DNA from: a virus
Lineage: Duplodnaviria; Caudoviricetes
Reading direction: 5' to 3' (one strand)
Virus record (IMG/VR): IMGVR_UViG_3300005298_000010
Location: 6,775 to 70,774 of that record
Length of the DNA: 64,000 nucleotides
The notes beneath the pieces were generated by a model that did not search any database, was not told the DNA's origin, and worked only from the letters and a program-made list of their open reading frames with translations. Position numbers and translations under genes: made by a program. Below are positions 37,136 to 46,817 of the stretch, one piece after another; positions within the stretch are counted from its first letter, which is position 1; each line of letters opens with the position of its first letter.

Positions 37136-40063
37136 ATGCCGTTACCTCCTAGTTTTCCTGGAGATAAAAAACCACCAAATCGTAAACCTTCGAAGCCAAT
37201 TGATTATTCGAAAATCATGCCCGAGATCCTTCCCGACCCGAGTGGAAAGATTATCGGTCGTGATTGGTTGAGGATTTATAAAAGACCTCCGCTGCCTAAG
37301 GCGGCTTCGTATGATTATGCCGTTTATAGGCTTTTCGTTAAAGCTTCTTCAGAGCAGCCAAGTCCTATCTTTGGATTTTGGCCGGGCTTGGAAAAGATTG
37401 CCGAACCAGTCCCCGGGACACCTCCGCAGCCCGTAGGAATGGCTCAGCCTAAGAAGCCCCAGGTTCCGGTTCCGACTCCACCAGCAGCTAAACCTCCTGG
37501 ACAGCCTCCTACACCGAAGCCGCCTACGCAAGCCGCCCCTCCAAAACCGGCGACACCTCCATCACAGACTCCACCACCACAACAACCTCCCAAACCACAA
37601 GCTCCGCCACCACAGCAGCAACAACCACCTAAACCACAAACCCCGCCACCACAGCAGCAACCTCCCAAACCACAAACTCCACCTCCAGAACAACCTAAAG
37701 CTCAAACTCCGCCCAAACCACAAACACCTCAAACTGCACCTCCGCAGCAAACAGAGCAAAAGGCTCCTACACCGCAACAATCGCCAGCATCACAGGCTCC
37801 GCCACCTCAACAGCCACCTACACCGCAAACCCAGCCTCCACAACAGCCATCTGCTCCACAGCCTGCAGCGACTCCGCAAGCTCCGTCTCCAGAGCAACCG
37901 CAAACTCCGGAAACACCTTCTTCAGCAACGACGCAGGTTGTGGAGCCTATTCAGAGATTTGACGTAAGTTCCATTAAAAACAAGGATGATTATAACCGAT
38001 TTCTTATCGGACTTCGTCAATCAGTGGAGCTGATGCCTCATTTCAATAAGAGCCGGATGGGCGAGCTGCGGGCCTATATGGATGTGCTTCATGAGGATCC
38101 GACGAAATGGCAACAAATTAAACCCAAGATACTCGGGATGATGAATTATGAGGCGGTTAAACAAGATACGGATCGATTGAATGCAATGCGAGCTCGTCGA
38201 GGACAGATTGCGAATCTCCGACAGCAGTGGCAGGATTTTGGTCGGTTAGTTAATGTGGAGAATCCTTACGATGCCGAACAAGCAATGGTGAGTCTCCTTA
38301 CGACCCTCCGGAATGGGCTTGAGCAGATAGGGGCGGATGATGCTGTAAGAGAAATAGATGATCTATCTCGCAGACTCTATCATCGTTCCATTAGTGCCGG
38401 TGAGGCTTATACAGAGGTAGGTAATCTGCTGAACAACTTGATGGTAGAGTCGGCGGTAGAGCAAGTTGATCCTGGATTATGGCGGGCCCAGAACATAAGG
38501 GATTATGTGACTTTGTTGGATGCTGGAAATTGGACGGATGAGCAGAAGCAATATCTTTTAGGACGGTTTAATCAAGAGAAGCAAGCTTTAGTCGGGAATA
38601 TTCGCTCATTGCTTGCTAGGAAGGATGACACGAGGATTTGGAGAACAAAAGATCTTAATGTGGATCAATATGAGGCGATTCTTCAAAGGATCGAGAACGC
38701 CAGGAGCATGGATGACTTCCGTCGTGAGATGTCCGTATTAAGGGATTATCTGAATCGTGACTTACAACGTGGGGCATTTGCTTATCGAGCAAACGAAGTA
38801 AAGCAGGCAGCGGAGGGGCTTCAGAATCTTCGTACATATCGTGATCAGATCTCTACGGCAATCAACCAACTAAATCGGATGAATATGATCGAGGCACCCC
38901 CTTCGCCAAAGCAGGTTGAGGGGGTTATTCAGCAATTAGATGGGCATTATAACGCTACCATCAATCATTTAAGGAGCATAGGAGAGGAAGATGCAGCAAG
39001 GAGGCTTGAGACAACATGGAATAATGTCAAAGCATTTTATCAAAACCGTCTCCATCCTCCGCCTAGTCATCCTGGTTTCGGTTATACTCCAACTTCTGCC
39101 AGGGGAAATCGTCCCGTTCAGGATCGTGAAATTCAACAACAACTTCGGAACTTGCATGATGTCACGAATCAGGTCTTTCAGGAAGTAGAGAATAAGCAGA
39201 ATGATGAACTGCAGCGGTTGGTGGCGATGCAAGATTTCTATAACTCGGTTTACAGTCTGCATCGCCTTTCGCGGGCTGTGAACATTATGGGACCTAGTGA
39301 GGGACCAGCTGAATCTGAGGTTCCGGTTGGTCCTGCTCTTGCCGAGACTGCTCAGCCTCCAGGTGCTGCAGAAGGTGCTCAGGCTCCTCAAGCTCAAGCT
39401 CCCGCTGCAGAAACGGCACCTGAGGAACCTCCGCTTTCACCTCAAGAAGAATTAAGGCGAATGCTTTCGCCCGATGAAGGGCGAGATGTTCCTGAAATTC
39501 CATATCTTGATCGGATCATTACCGACCCGCGGGCTGCGGCGGAAATTGAATCGGCCTTCCGCTGGTCTGTTCAAACCTTCGGAAAGCCGCCTTTACCAAT
39601 GCTCCGGGCCTTACAACAGATTTATAACGATTACATCAACATGGGCGAAATTCAAACCGAAGAGCAGGCCCGGGCATTTAATCGTCGAGTCTGGAATCAG
39701 ATTGCAATCTTAAAGTTACAAGCAGCCTCTTTAAATGAAGCTCGTAGGTTGATTGAAGAGAACTTCGATGTTTTCGCTCCAATTTTTCAGGATGTCGTTC
39801 CCACTGAGGCTAATATACAAAGGAGGAGGTTAGAGGCTTTAGGTACGGCTTTAGCTCTTGTGGAATATAATCGGATCTATCGGCTGTATGCTCAAAATAA
39901 GGCTTTAAACCGCTTTAATGCTCGGGCGGCTTACCAGCGGGCCTTGCAGCGTGCCCTTTATGATACACTTGGAATTCGCGATCCAGAAATCGCTCGCCGG
40001 ATTCAGGCCAATATTGCACGTTTCTCTCGCGAAAAGGTTCAAATCCGTAGGCCGACTTTCTGA
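37136..40063 (+). CDS. Large helical protein with Pro/Gln-rich N-terminal tract; putative internal virion protein
   Basis: 975 aa; PPKPQ(T/A)PPPQQQ repeats at about 37.4-37.9 kb; downstream of portal. Confidence 0.65.
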   Translation: MPLPPSFPGDKKPPNRKPSKPIDYSKIMPEILPDPSGKIIGRDWLRIYKRPPLPKAASYDYAVYRLFVKASSEQPSPIFGFWPGLEKIAEPVPGTPPQPVGMAQPKKPQVPVPTPPAAKPPGQPPTPKPPTQAAPPKPATPPSQTPPPQQPPKPQAPPPQQQQPPKPQTPPPQQQPPKPQTPPPEQPKAQTPPKPQTPQTAPPQQTEQKAPTPQQSPASQAPPPQQPPTPQTQPPQQPSAPQPAATPQAPSPEQPQTPETPSSATTQVVEPIQRFDVSSIKNKDDYNRFLIGLRQSVELMPHFNKSRMGELRAYMDVLHEDPTKWQQIKPKILGMMNYEAVKQDTDRLNAMRARRGQIANLRQQWQDFGRLVNVENPYDAEQAMVSLLTTLRNGLEQIGADDAVREIDDLSRRLYHRSISAGEAYTEVGNLLNNLMVESAVEQVDPGLWRAQNIRDYVTLLDAGNWTDEQKQYLLGRFNQEKQALVGNIRSLLARKDDTRIWRTKDLNVDQYEAILQRIENARSMDDFRREMSVLRDYLNRDLQRGAFAYRANEVKQAAEGLQNLRTYRDQISTAINQLNRMNMIEAPPSPKQVEGVIQQLDGHYNATINHLRSIGEEDAARRLETTWNNVKAFYQNRLHPPPSHPGFGYTPTSARGNRPVQDREIQQQLRNLHDVTNQVFQEVENKQNDELQRLVAMQDFYNSVYSLHRLSRAVNIMGPSEGPAESEVPVGPALAETAQPPGAAEGAQAPQAQAPAAETAPEEPPLSPQEELRRMLSPDEGRDVPEIPYLDRIITDPRAAAEIESAFRWSVQTFGKPPLPMLRALQQIYNDYINMGEIQTEEQARAFNRRVWNQIAILKLQAASLNEARRLIEENFDVFAPIFQDVVPTEANIQRRRLEALGTALALVEYNRIYRLYAQNKALNRFNARAAYQRALQRALYDTLGIRDPEIARRIQANIARFSREKVQIRRPTF

Positions 40064-40072
40064 GGGTAAGAT

Positions 40073-40798
40073 ATGTTTGACCTTATTAAATCTGCCGATC
40101 TCAACCCAAACATGCCCTCTGACAACGATATTCCGGCTGCCGATGAGACAGCCCAGAAGATCGTTTCTGCCTTGGGGGATAGGGACTATGGAGCTATTCA
40201 AAAGGTGCTACGCTCATTTGAGGCTGGTGATTTGACGGATGCTCTCGAGGATCCTGATGCCAAGAAATATTTGAATGCAATCTTTTATATCAAGCAAAAA
40301 GGACTTGATCGGAAAGGACCCGACGTTATTCATCAGCTTGATCTTAATACGGATGAGGGACGCTACGCCTTGGCACAATTTCAAAGGTTATTTCGTCTGG
40401 CTGTTGTAAGGCGGCTTCAAAGTTCAGATCAGCCTTTTGAAGAACTAAAATCGGTTTTACGGAAAGCTCTTGCTCCGAATCCGAATTTTACCGAACAGGA
40501 TATTCACATGATAATGGAATCGATTAGGGATTCTGGGATCAACATTAATGTCCCTCAGCTTCCTGAGCAAAAGAAATCTTCCAATCTTTACAACTTCTTT
40601 ATGTCCTTAAGTCCTCTTGCTAAGGTTGCCGTGTTGGCAGGGATTCCTATTACACTTGTGGGTGCTTATCAGATGTTAACGGATAAGATCTCAGGTAGGT
40701 CGGTTGGTACGACGCTTGCTGGTATTTTGCTGTTTGCCATGGGTTTGTATCATCGTGATCAATCATCCAATCCGTCTGGGCAAGGTAACGTCAGATGA
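40073..40798 (+). CDS. Membrane protein with C-terminal TM hairpin, paralogue of 40795..41793
   Basis: FTEQDIHMIMESIRDSGI...SLSPLAKVAVLAGIPITLVGAYQ. Confidence 0.75.
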   Translation: MFDLIKSADLNPNMPSDNDIPAADETAQKIVSALGDRDYGAIQKVLRSFEAGDLTDALEDPDAKKYLNAIFYIKQKGLDRKGPDVIHQLDLNTDEGRYALAQFQRLFRLAVVRRLQSSDQPFEELKSVLRKALAPNPNFTEQDIHMIMESIRDSGININVPQLPEQKKSSNLYNFFMSLSPLAKVAVLAGIPITLVGAYQMLTDKISGRSVGTTLAGILLFAMGLYHRDQSSNPSGQGNVR

Positions 40799-41793
40799 GT
40801 GGTTTTGATGTCAAATTAACGACAAACGTCCTTTATTACATTGCTACTTCGGGCTCTAAGCGTGGTTTTTGGAAGGTTGCCGAAGATCTGAATCAATTCG
40901 GAGATAATCAACCGGATTTCTCGCAAATACCTTCAGAGCCTGATTTTAACGAACCGACGACCACCACTCCAGAATTTCCGTTTCCTTATTCGCCTTTTAC
41001 TCCGACCAGTACAACCGAGCTTCCTGAAATTGAGACAGAATTTGAATCGGGCTTGGAACCGGAATTCGAAACTCCAACGGAAATTCGTCCTGCGGAACCA
41101 TCCCTTCCGATAGATTGGCTTCATGCTAAGGTGCAATCCATTCCTCGCTTTAATCAATTGCTGAATGATCTAAAGAATCCGGCTCGAAGTAGCGAAGCTT
41201 GGAAGACCCTCAATGCTGAGTTTCCGGATTTCGTTAGGGCATTCAATTTCTTCCGGCGAAACAATATTCATATCTACGATCCCGATCGAATGTATGGGAT
41301 CGTGAATGATCCTAAGCTTGCCAGTGAGGCTCGGAGTCACTTCCAGACACTTACACGATATGCTGTTGCCAAGAGGATTTTCGAGCGGGCAGCTGCACGA
41401 GGCGATATTGATATTCAAAAGGCAGATAAAAGCGTATTGGCGGAACTTATCAAGAATGAAACAAGCGATATTGTAGCGAAAGTTTCCGGAACTGGTAAAC
41501 TAACGGAGCAGGATTATCGTGAGATTGTTAATGTCTTTCGCGATGCAGGTTTGATTTCCGGTCAGGTACCTCCGGCAGAGCAAGCTGCCAAGATGCCCGG
41601 GATTCTCTCCTATTTCGCTTCACTAAGTCCGCTTGCGAAAGCGGCGGTGCTTTTGGGAATTCCTTTGGGTTTGATTGGGGCATATCAAGCTTTAAACACC
41701 AATAGCAAAACCGGCTATATTATGTTAGGAGTGGGCGGTCTGGCGGCAGCATTAGGTTTAAGTGGTCTTCTTGGGCAAACGAAAACGCAGTGA
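40795..41793 (+). CDS. Membrane protein with C-terminal TM hairpin
   Basis: LTEQDYREIVNVFRDAGL...SLSPLAKAAVLLGIPLGLIGAYQ. Confidence 0.75.
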   Translation: MSGFDVKLTTNVLYYIATSGSKRGFWKVAEDLNQFGDNQPDFSQIPSEPDFNEPTTTTPEFPFPYSPFTPTSTTELPEIETEFESGLEPEFETPTEIRPAEPSLPIDWLHAKVQSIPRFNQLLNDLKNPARSSEAWKTLNAEFPDFVRAFNFFRRNNIHIYDPDRMYGIVNDPKLASEARSHFQTLTRYAVAKRIFERAAARGDIDIQKADKSVLAELIKNETSDIVAKVSGTGKLTEQDYREIVNVFRDAGLISGQVPPAEQAAKMPGILSYFASLSPLAKAAVLLGIPLGLIGAYQALNTNSKTGYIMLGVGGLAAALGLSGLLGQTKTQ

Positions 41794-41808
41794 TTTTTAT
41801 AACTAGCA

Positions 41809-43311
41809 ATGCCTAGATCTATGCCTGCAGCCAGCTATTTTTACTATCCTACCGTAAAGGCAGCAAAACAGCCTATTGTTTATCGTAGGGTGCCGCATGT
41901 TTATTTTGTGGGGTATCCTCTTGAATATGGATTTATGGAAAAGGAAGCAGGGTGGCCACTACTTGCTCTTAGTGGAGCCTTGACACTTGCACCGTTGGCT
42001 GCAAAGGCTGCTCCTTATATTACTAGAGCTCTTCCTCATATTCCTAAAGCCCTTTCTGGAGCATGGAGGGCGGCGAATGTTGCTGCACCGTATTTGTTTC
42101 TTGGAAGTCTAGGGTATGATATTGGTAAAAGTCTTGGACCTGTATGGTCCAAACCAAAACAGCCTCGTCAAGCAACGCAGCAACCTGAAAAACCTCAAGA
42201 AAGTGTAGTTTCTCCTGAAACACCTGCACCCGAAGAACCAGCTAAACAACCTACACCTAAGCTAGAAACTCCAGAGGTTGATCCTCACGCTCAGGTTTCG
42301 ATCGATCAGGCCGCTACGAAGGCTCAGATTGATACAAGTCAGTTTCGACAGCTTGCGAAATTCGTTGGGGTTCCCCTTCTTGCCTTTTCTGCCTTGTCTC
42401 TCTTGGATGGAAAAGCTGGAATTGGTTCTTTTCTTGGACTTACAGTCGGATTGTTGGGAACGATGTACGGTCTTGGTTTTTTGGATAAGCTCGGAATAGA
42501 TGTTGATAGCTTTCTTAGTCGCTTCTTACCTCAAAGTCCTATACCTGCTTTTTCATCGTCGACAACACAAGAACAGCCAGCACCTCAAGAGCAACCAACT
42601 GAGTCGGAAATTCCTATAAGTGTTAAGATGGATCTTAAGACCCCGCTTGCTTCTGTTCCTGCGGGGCATTTGATTCGCACTCAAGAATTTCGAGCCCTTC
42701 GAGAAGCTTCTTCGAAGGGTATGAGTCTACTGGCTTCAGCGGCGTCTTCGAATCCAGAGATTCAGAGTTTTGCAAATCATCTAAAGGCTGCAGTTAATGA
42801 TCCGAATCACGCTCGTCATACTGAAGCAGTTATTCTTTCTAATATGATCCTTTTGTCGGTGGTGAATCGGGCTTTCGAAACGGACAAACCTGCAGATCAG
42901 CGACGTTTGTCTTGGGCGGTCTCTGGAGGAATCAACTATCGTGATGCTGTACAACGGCAGCTGTCGGCGATGGTCACTGAAGAGCTAAGCAAATGGGCCA
43001 ATATTGCTCGTACACAAGGAATGGAAGCTTTGTGGAATCGAGTCCGTCAAGAGATGACCAGCGGACAATTTTCTAATTTCCAGAATATCATGTCTCAATG
43101 GACACAAACCATCAATAAGGCATGGGCGGGAGGTGGTGCTGAAGGGACGGCTCCTCTTATTGCTGGGATTTTGAGGTTCTTAGGCCCGAATGTTGTCAAT
43201 CGGCTGTTAATGGATCCGAATCTTGCACGAAATGTGTTGTCGCATAGGTCCTTGGTAGCTGATAATGTGGCGTCGAGTTTATCTCAAGCTTATCAATCCG
43301 CTAGGGGATAA
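41809..43311 (+). CDS. Membrane-associated protein
   Basis: 500 aa; hydrophobic LAKFVGVPLLAFSALS...GLTVGLLGTMYGLG resembles the TM hairpin of the two upstream genes. Confidence 0.7.
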   Translation: MPRSMPAASYFYYPTVKAAKQPIVYRRVPHVYFVGYPLEYGFMEKEAGWPLLALSGALTLAPLAAKAAPYITRALPHIPKALSGAWRAANVAAPYLFLGSLGYDIGKSLGPVWSKPKQPRQATQQPEKPQESVVSPETPAPEEPAKQPTPKLETPEVDPHAQVSIDQAATKAQIDTSQFRQLAKFVGVPLLAFSALSLLDGKAGIGSFLGLTVGLLGTMYGLGFLDKLGIDVDSFLSRFLPQSPIPAFSSSTTQEQPAPQEQPTESEIPISVKMDLKTPLASVPAGHLIRTQEFRALREASSKGMSLLASAASSNPEIQSFANHLKAAVNDPNHARHTEAVILSNMILLSVVNRAFETDKPADQRRLSWAVSGGINYRDAVQRQLSAMVTEELSKWANIARTQGMEALWNRVRQEMTSGQFSNFQNIMSQWTQTINKAWAGGGAEGTAPLIAGILRFLGPNVVNRLLMDPNLARNVLSHRSLVADNVASSLSQAYQSARG

Positions 43312-43314
43312 AAA

Positions 43315-43773
43315 ATGCCTTATTGGGAACAGCAACCACAACAACCACAGCAACCAACGCAACCGGGCAATAGAAGTCAAATTGTTCCTTTAATTCGCAA
43401 AGTCAAACAGCTTCTCAGTCTTCCTCCGGATCAGCTTGAATCGGGAAGGCGATTATGGAGAGAAGTGGCTAAAAACCCACAAATAGCTTCTCAATTAGGA
43501 CCTGCACATAAAGATAAGATTATGGCAGCCGTCCTAAAGGATTACGTTCTACCACAGGTCAAGGATCCTAACCGAGCTAAGGAATTCGTCTCAAGGTTGC
43601 AGGCTGCTGTCTCCCAGTTTGCTAATCAAGCACCTCAATCTCAGCAGCCTCCCCCTCCACAGCCTTCCTCTCCACCCCCTCCTCCTCAAAATGTTAAGCA
43701 AGGTTCTTGGCTATGTGACCTTTTTAAAAATCCTCCTGGGGCTCTTGACAAGTCGTGGTGGGATATGCTATAA
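43315..43773 (+). CDS. Pro/Gln-rich hypothetical protein
   Basis: 152 aa, last gene of the structural run. Confidence 0.65.
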   Translation: MPYWEQQPQQPQQPTQPGNRSQIVPLIRKVKQLLSLPPDQLESGRRLWREVAKNPQIASQLGPAHKDKIMAAVLKDYVLPQVKDPNRAKEFVSRLQAAVSQFANQAPQSQQPPPPQPSSPPPPPQNVKQGSWLCDLFKNPPGALDKSWWDML

Positions 43774-43774
43774 T
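43745..43774 (+). promoter_or_regulatory. Consensus sigma70/sigmaA promoter
   Basis: TTGACA (43745-43750), 18-nt spacer ending TGC (extended -10), TATAAT (43769-43774); GGAGGG RBS and ATG at 43798 follow. Confidence 0.85.
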
Positions 43775-43797
43775 GTCGATTTATCGGAGGGTAAGCT

Positions 43798-44901
43798 ATG
43801 CTGCTCCTGGGTGCTGTAGGTCAGGACTTTAAGATTGTCGGACGCAACGGAAATAGGATAGAACCGGTTTTTGTCTCTTCGATGATTGATGATCTTATTG
43901 ATTTCGTTGACAATCTTTCTGGAGAAAAGTTATACCTGGTTGTTAATGAAAAATCTGCAATTTTCTTGGAAATTTTGTACGGATCTCATTCGAAAGGTAA
44001 GGTGCAGATCTTCCCTGTTTCCTCTTGGACTCTCGATCGATTGGTTGCTGATGAGGTCAAAAAAGAAAATCTAGATTCGTATAACGTTATCGATAAGGTT
44101 CGTTTAGGTTATGAAATTTGTGAGAAGGGTTTCCCTCGCAGCATAGGTGGTCCGAGACCTTTCCGACTCGAAGATAATCTTTATGGACAATATTGGTGGT
44201 CGCGTGTATTGGGTTTAGCTACAGATTCCTTTTACGAGCTAACGAAATTCCATGTTGGATTTTTGCCTTTTGAGCCTTTTGTTGCAAGTCGACGTTCGCT
44301 CGGCAGTCTGATTGCCAGTATTGGTGATGTGCGTTGGTACATGTACAAATGCGGGAATTTGTTTAAACGGTTTAAACGTATTTTCGACTGGAATTCCGAG
44401 AAGTTTTTGGATGCGATTTTTGATCCTCTAAATGGTTTCCATACGATCTATTGGAACGCACAGCATGCCTGGTATAACGCTTCCATAGCAGCCCAGTGTT
44501 TTTCGAACTATCGTAGATTTGGAGTTGATTTTATTCGTGATGCCGATGATGTAGGATTTCGTCTTGGAGATGCTTTTTATCGTATCTATTATCAGGAACA
44601 AATCAAACATCCCGAGCATATCGCCCTTTATCGAACGACGACTGCCTTTGTGAAATTTGTCCTTGGTGTGCTCCATTGGGCCTTTGAAAACTCCGAAAGA
44701 GATAACTACCGTAACGACGTAAGCTTTGAATTTCTGGACGTTCTATTGCCGACGGAAGAGGAAAGAGAGGAGTACATAAAGTATCTTAAACTTTTAACAC
44801 CGGATAGAGAGGAATTTGAAGATGCGGTGGTTCCGTGCGGGCAGATTTCTGAGGACAAGGTACAGTCAATGTCCGTCGTCTTTATTATCCCGACTCGTTA
44901 A
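43798..44901 (+). CDS. IS110-transposase/Nop-like protein, apparently domesticated
   Basis: VVNEKSAIF...KKENLDSYNVIDKVRLG parallels IS110 mE.Tg...KtD..DA..ia; LIASIGDVRWY parallels laeiGD..rF; YYQEQ...HIALYR...FVKFV parallels the C-terminal helix. Recognised by eye only. Confidence 0.5.
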   Translation: MLLLGAVGQDFKIVGRNGNRIEPVFVSSMIDDLIDFVDNLSGEKLYLVVNEKSAIFLEILYGSHSKGKVQIFPVSSWTLDRLVADEVKKENLDSYNVIDKVRLGYEICEKGFPRSIGGPRPFRLEDNLYGQYWWSRVLGLATDSFYELTKFHVGFLPFEPFVASRRSLGSLIASIGDVRWYMYKCGNLFKRFKRIFDWNSEKFLDAIFDPLNGFHTIYWNAQHAWYNASIAAQCFSNYRRFGVDFIRDADDVGFRLGDAFYRIYYQEQIKHPEHIALYRTTTAFVKFVLGVLHWAFENSERDNYRNDVSFEFLDVLLPTEEEREEYIKYLKLLTPDREEFEDAVVPCGQISEDKVQSMSVVFIIPTR

Positions 44902-46237
44902 AAAATTTCAAACAACTATTCGAGAACGTAACTATATCACTGAGGAAACTGTTACATACGAAGAGAAATATATCCGTATCGATCCTCAAAGGGATGTCAT
45001 TGATATTTACGTTGGTCTAACGCATCGTTTAACTCAAATCTGTGAAAAGTTAGACATCCCTTGCGACATCTTCCTAAACTTCCCGCCTCTTCATGTCGAT
45101 CGTTCTGTTCTTGAGAATGGTAACTTTCGTTCTTTCCAAGTCGAGTTCCTAAACAGCATCATTAATGCTGTAATTAACGGAACTGGTGGAATTTACGTCG
45201 CTCCTCCTGCCTTTGGGAAGACGATTCTTATAGGAACAATTGTCAAGCTTTTTCCAAAGGCCAAGATTGATATTGTCTCCAGCAGAAGGGACGTCATTAA
45301 AAAGGCTTATGATTATCTTTCGGAATCTGGGATTTCTGCTGGTTTAGTGACTACAGGTTCTCGTCATTACGATCGTGTTACGCTTTATACAGTTAAAAGC
45401 CTAAGACACAGCTCATTCGATGCGGATTTGGTTATTCTGGATGAGGCCCATGAGCTGGTAACAGATCAAAATTTTCAGCTGCTTTTAAATTACAGAGACG
45501 CTCGATTTATTGCACTTACGGCAACTCCAGATACCCGCTATGATAACAAACACGAGCGGTTGAAGGCCCTTGTGGGACCTGTTTTGTTCCAGATATCGTA
45601 CAAAAGAACATTGCAGGCAGGTTTAAACGTTCCAGTGGTGGTAAGGTGGTATGCTGCTACAGAAGGATATGTACCTGAGGATTGTAAAATCAGTGAGATT
45701 AAGAAATTTGGTTTGTGGAGGAACGAGCGTTTTAATCGACTGGTGGCACAAGTGGCTCGGAAATATTTGGATGAAGGAAAGCAAGTCCTAATTCTCGTCG
45801 ATACAGCAGAACATGCTGAGAACTTATCTAAGCAGCAACTGCTATCGGATTTTGAAGTTATTATTGCCTCTCGCAGCAAAAATGCCAGCTTAGATCCTTG
45901 TACAAGGAAGGAAAGGGAGCGTGTAAGGAAGGCATTTGAAAGACGGGAAATTATGGGAGTTATTGCTACGAAGATTTGGTCGACAGGTGTCAGTTTTAAT
46001 GATCTTGAGGTTCTTGTTCGGGCCGATTGTACGGCCTCACATACTGAGAGTATTCAGATTCCTGGACGAGTCTCTCGGGTACCAGAGTTGACGGATAAAG
46101 AATACGGAATTGTGGTGGATTTTGCTCCTGTCTTTAATGCTTGGTTAGAGCGTAGTGCCAGGAAGCGAATGAAGTATTACAAGGAATATGGTTGGTCTCA
46201 GATTCTGCCTGATGGAAGGATTATTAAGCCTGAGTGA
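44816..46237 (+). CDS. Superfamily 2 DNA helicase (UvsW-like)
   Basis: APPAFGKT, ILDEAH, LTAT, WSTGVS, QIPGRVSR. Confidence 0.9.
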   Translation: MKMRWFRAGRFLRTRYSQCPSSLLSRLVKKFQTTIRERNYITEETVTYEEKYIRIDPQRDVIDIYVGLTHRLTQICEKLDIPCDIFLNFPPLHVDRSVLENGNFRSFQVEFLNSIINAVINGTGGIYVAPPAFGKTILIGTIVKLFPKAKIDIVSSRRDVIKKAYDYLSESGISAGLVTTGSRHYDRVTLYTVKSLRHSSFDADLVILDEAHELVTDQNFQLLLNYRDARFIALTATPDTRYDNKHERLKALVGPVLFQISYKRTLQAGLNVPVVVRWYAATEGYVPEDCKISEIKKFGLWRNERFNRLVAQVARKYLDEGKQVLILVDTAEHAENLSKQQLLSDFEVIIASRSKNASLDPCTRKERERVRKAFERREIMGVIATKIWSTGVSFNDLEVLVRADCTASHTESIQIPGRVSRVPELTDKEYGIVVDFAPVFNAWLERSARKRMKYYKEYGWSQILPDGRIIKPE

Positions 46238-46817
46238 CTTTTTAAGCACGACTCGTCAATTTGATTTAAAGCCAGATCTACCAGAGCAGGAGCTAGCACG
46301 AAGGGTAGGGAGGGCGTATTGGTTGATTAAAGAAGGGTCGGGTTTTCGCCCGAAAGTTGGTCCGAAATGGTTTAAGGCTGCAAGGTTTTTAGTAGACCAT
46401 AAGGTTCAAAACGCATTGTCCTATTGTCATGTTGTTAAGTTGATTAAAAGGAGGATTTTTCCGAACTTTCTATGGAGTGAGAAGGTCTATCAGGATGTTG
46501 AAAAATTTTTACGAAACTGGTCCGCCGAGCGGCTGCTAGAATTGTATTGCCAGTGTCGAGTGTTGGCACATGAGATAGAATTATGCCGTCGGATAAAGAA
46601 TTGTGATGACTGCGATGCGGCCTTAGAGGTTGTTCGGAATGCGACGTGGTTGGATCCTGTGCTAAGGGTCATCGTTTACGGTTTTACCGAAACAACACCA
46701 CCAGAGGATCTTCTTCAACAAGCGTGGCACGAATATTTGATTTCACCTGTTCTTTTTGACAATATTGTAGGAAGTCAGCCTTATGTCCGAGAGTCTGGAA
46801 CAGAGGCTTTATTCTGA
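46188..46817 (+). CDS. Hypothetical protein
   Basis: 209 aa between the two helicases. Confidence 0.65.
   Translation: MVGLRFCLMEGLLSLSDFLSTTRQFDLKPDLPEQELARRVGRAYWLIKEGSGFRPKVGPKWFKAARFLVDHKVQNALSYCHVVKLIKRRIFPNFLWSEKVYQDVEKFLRNWSAERLLELYCQCRVLAHEIELCRRIKNCDDCDAALEVVRNATWLDPVLRVIVYGFTETTPPEDLLQQAWHEYLISPVLFDNIVGSQPYVRESGTEALF

Noticed and set aside
37349-37780. Cys/Gly- and Trp/Arg-rich minus-strand ORFs
   Set aside because: Antisense reading of the Pro/Gln repeat tract.
43798-44901. Active IS110 insertion sequence
   Set aside because: The catalytic set looks incomplete, there is no flanking non-coding end for a bridge RNA, and the gene is integrated with an operon promoter and overlaps the helicase gene.
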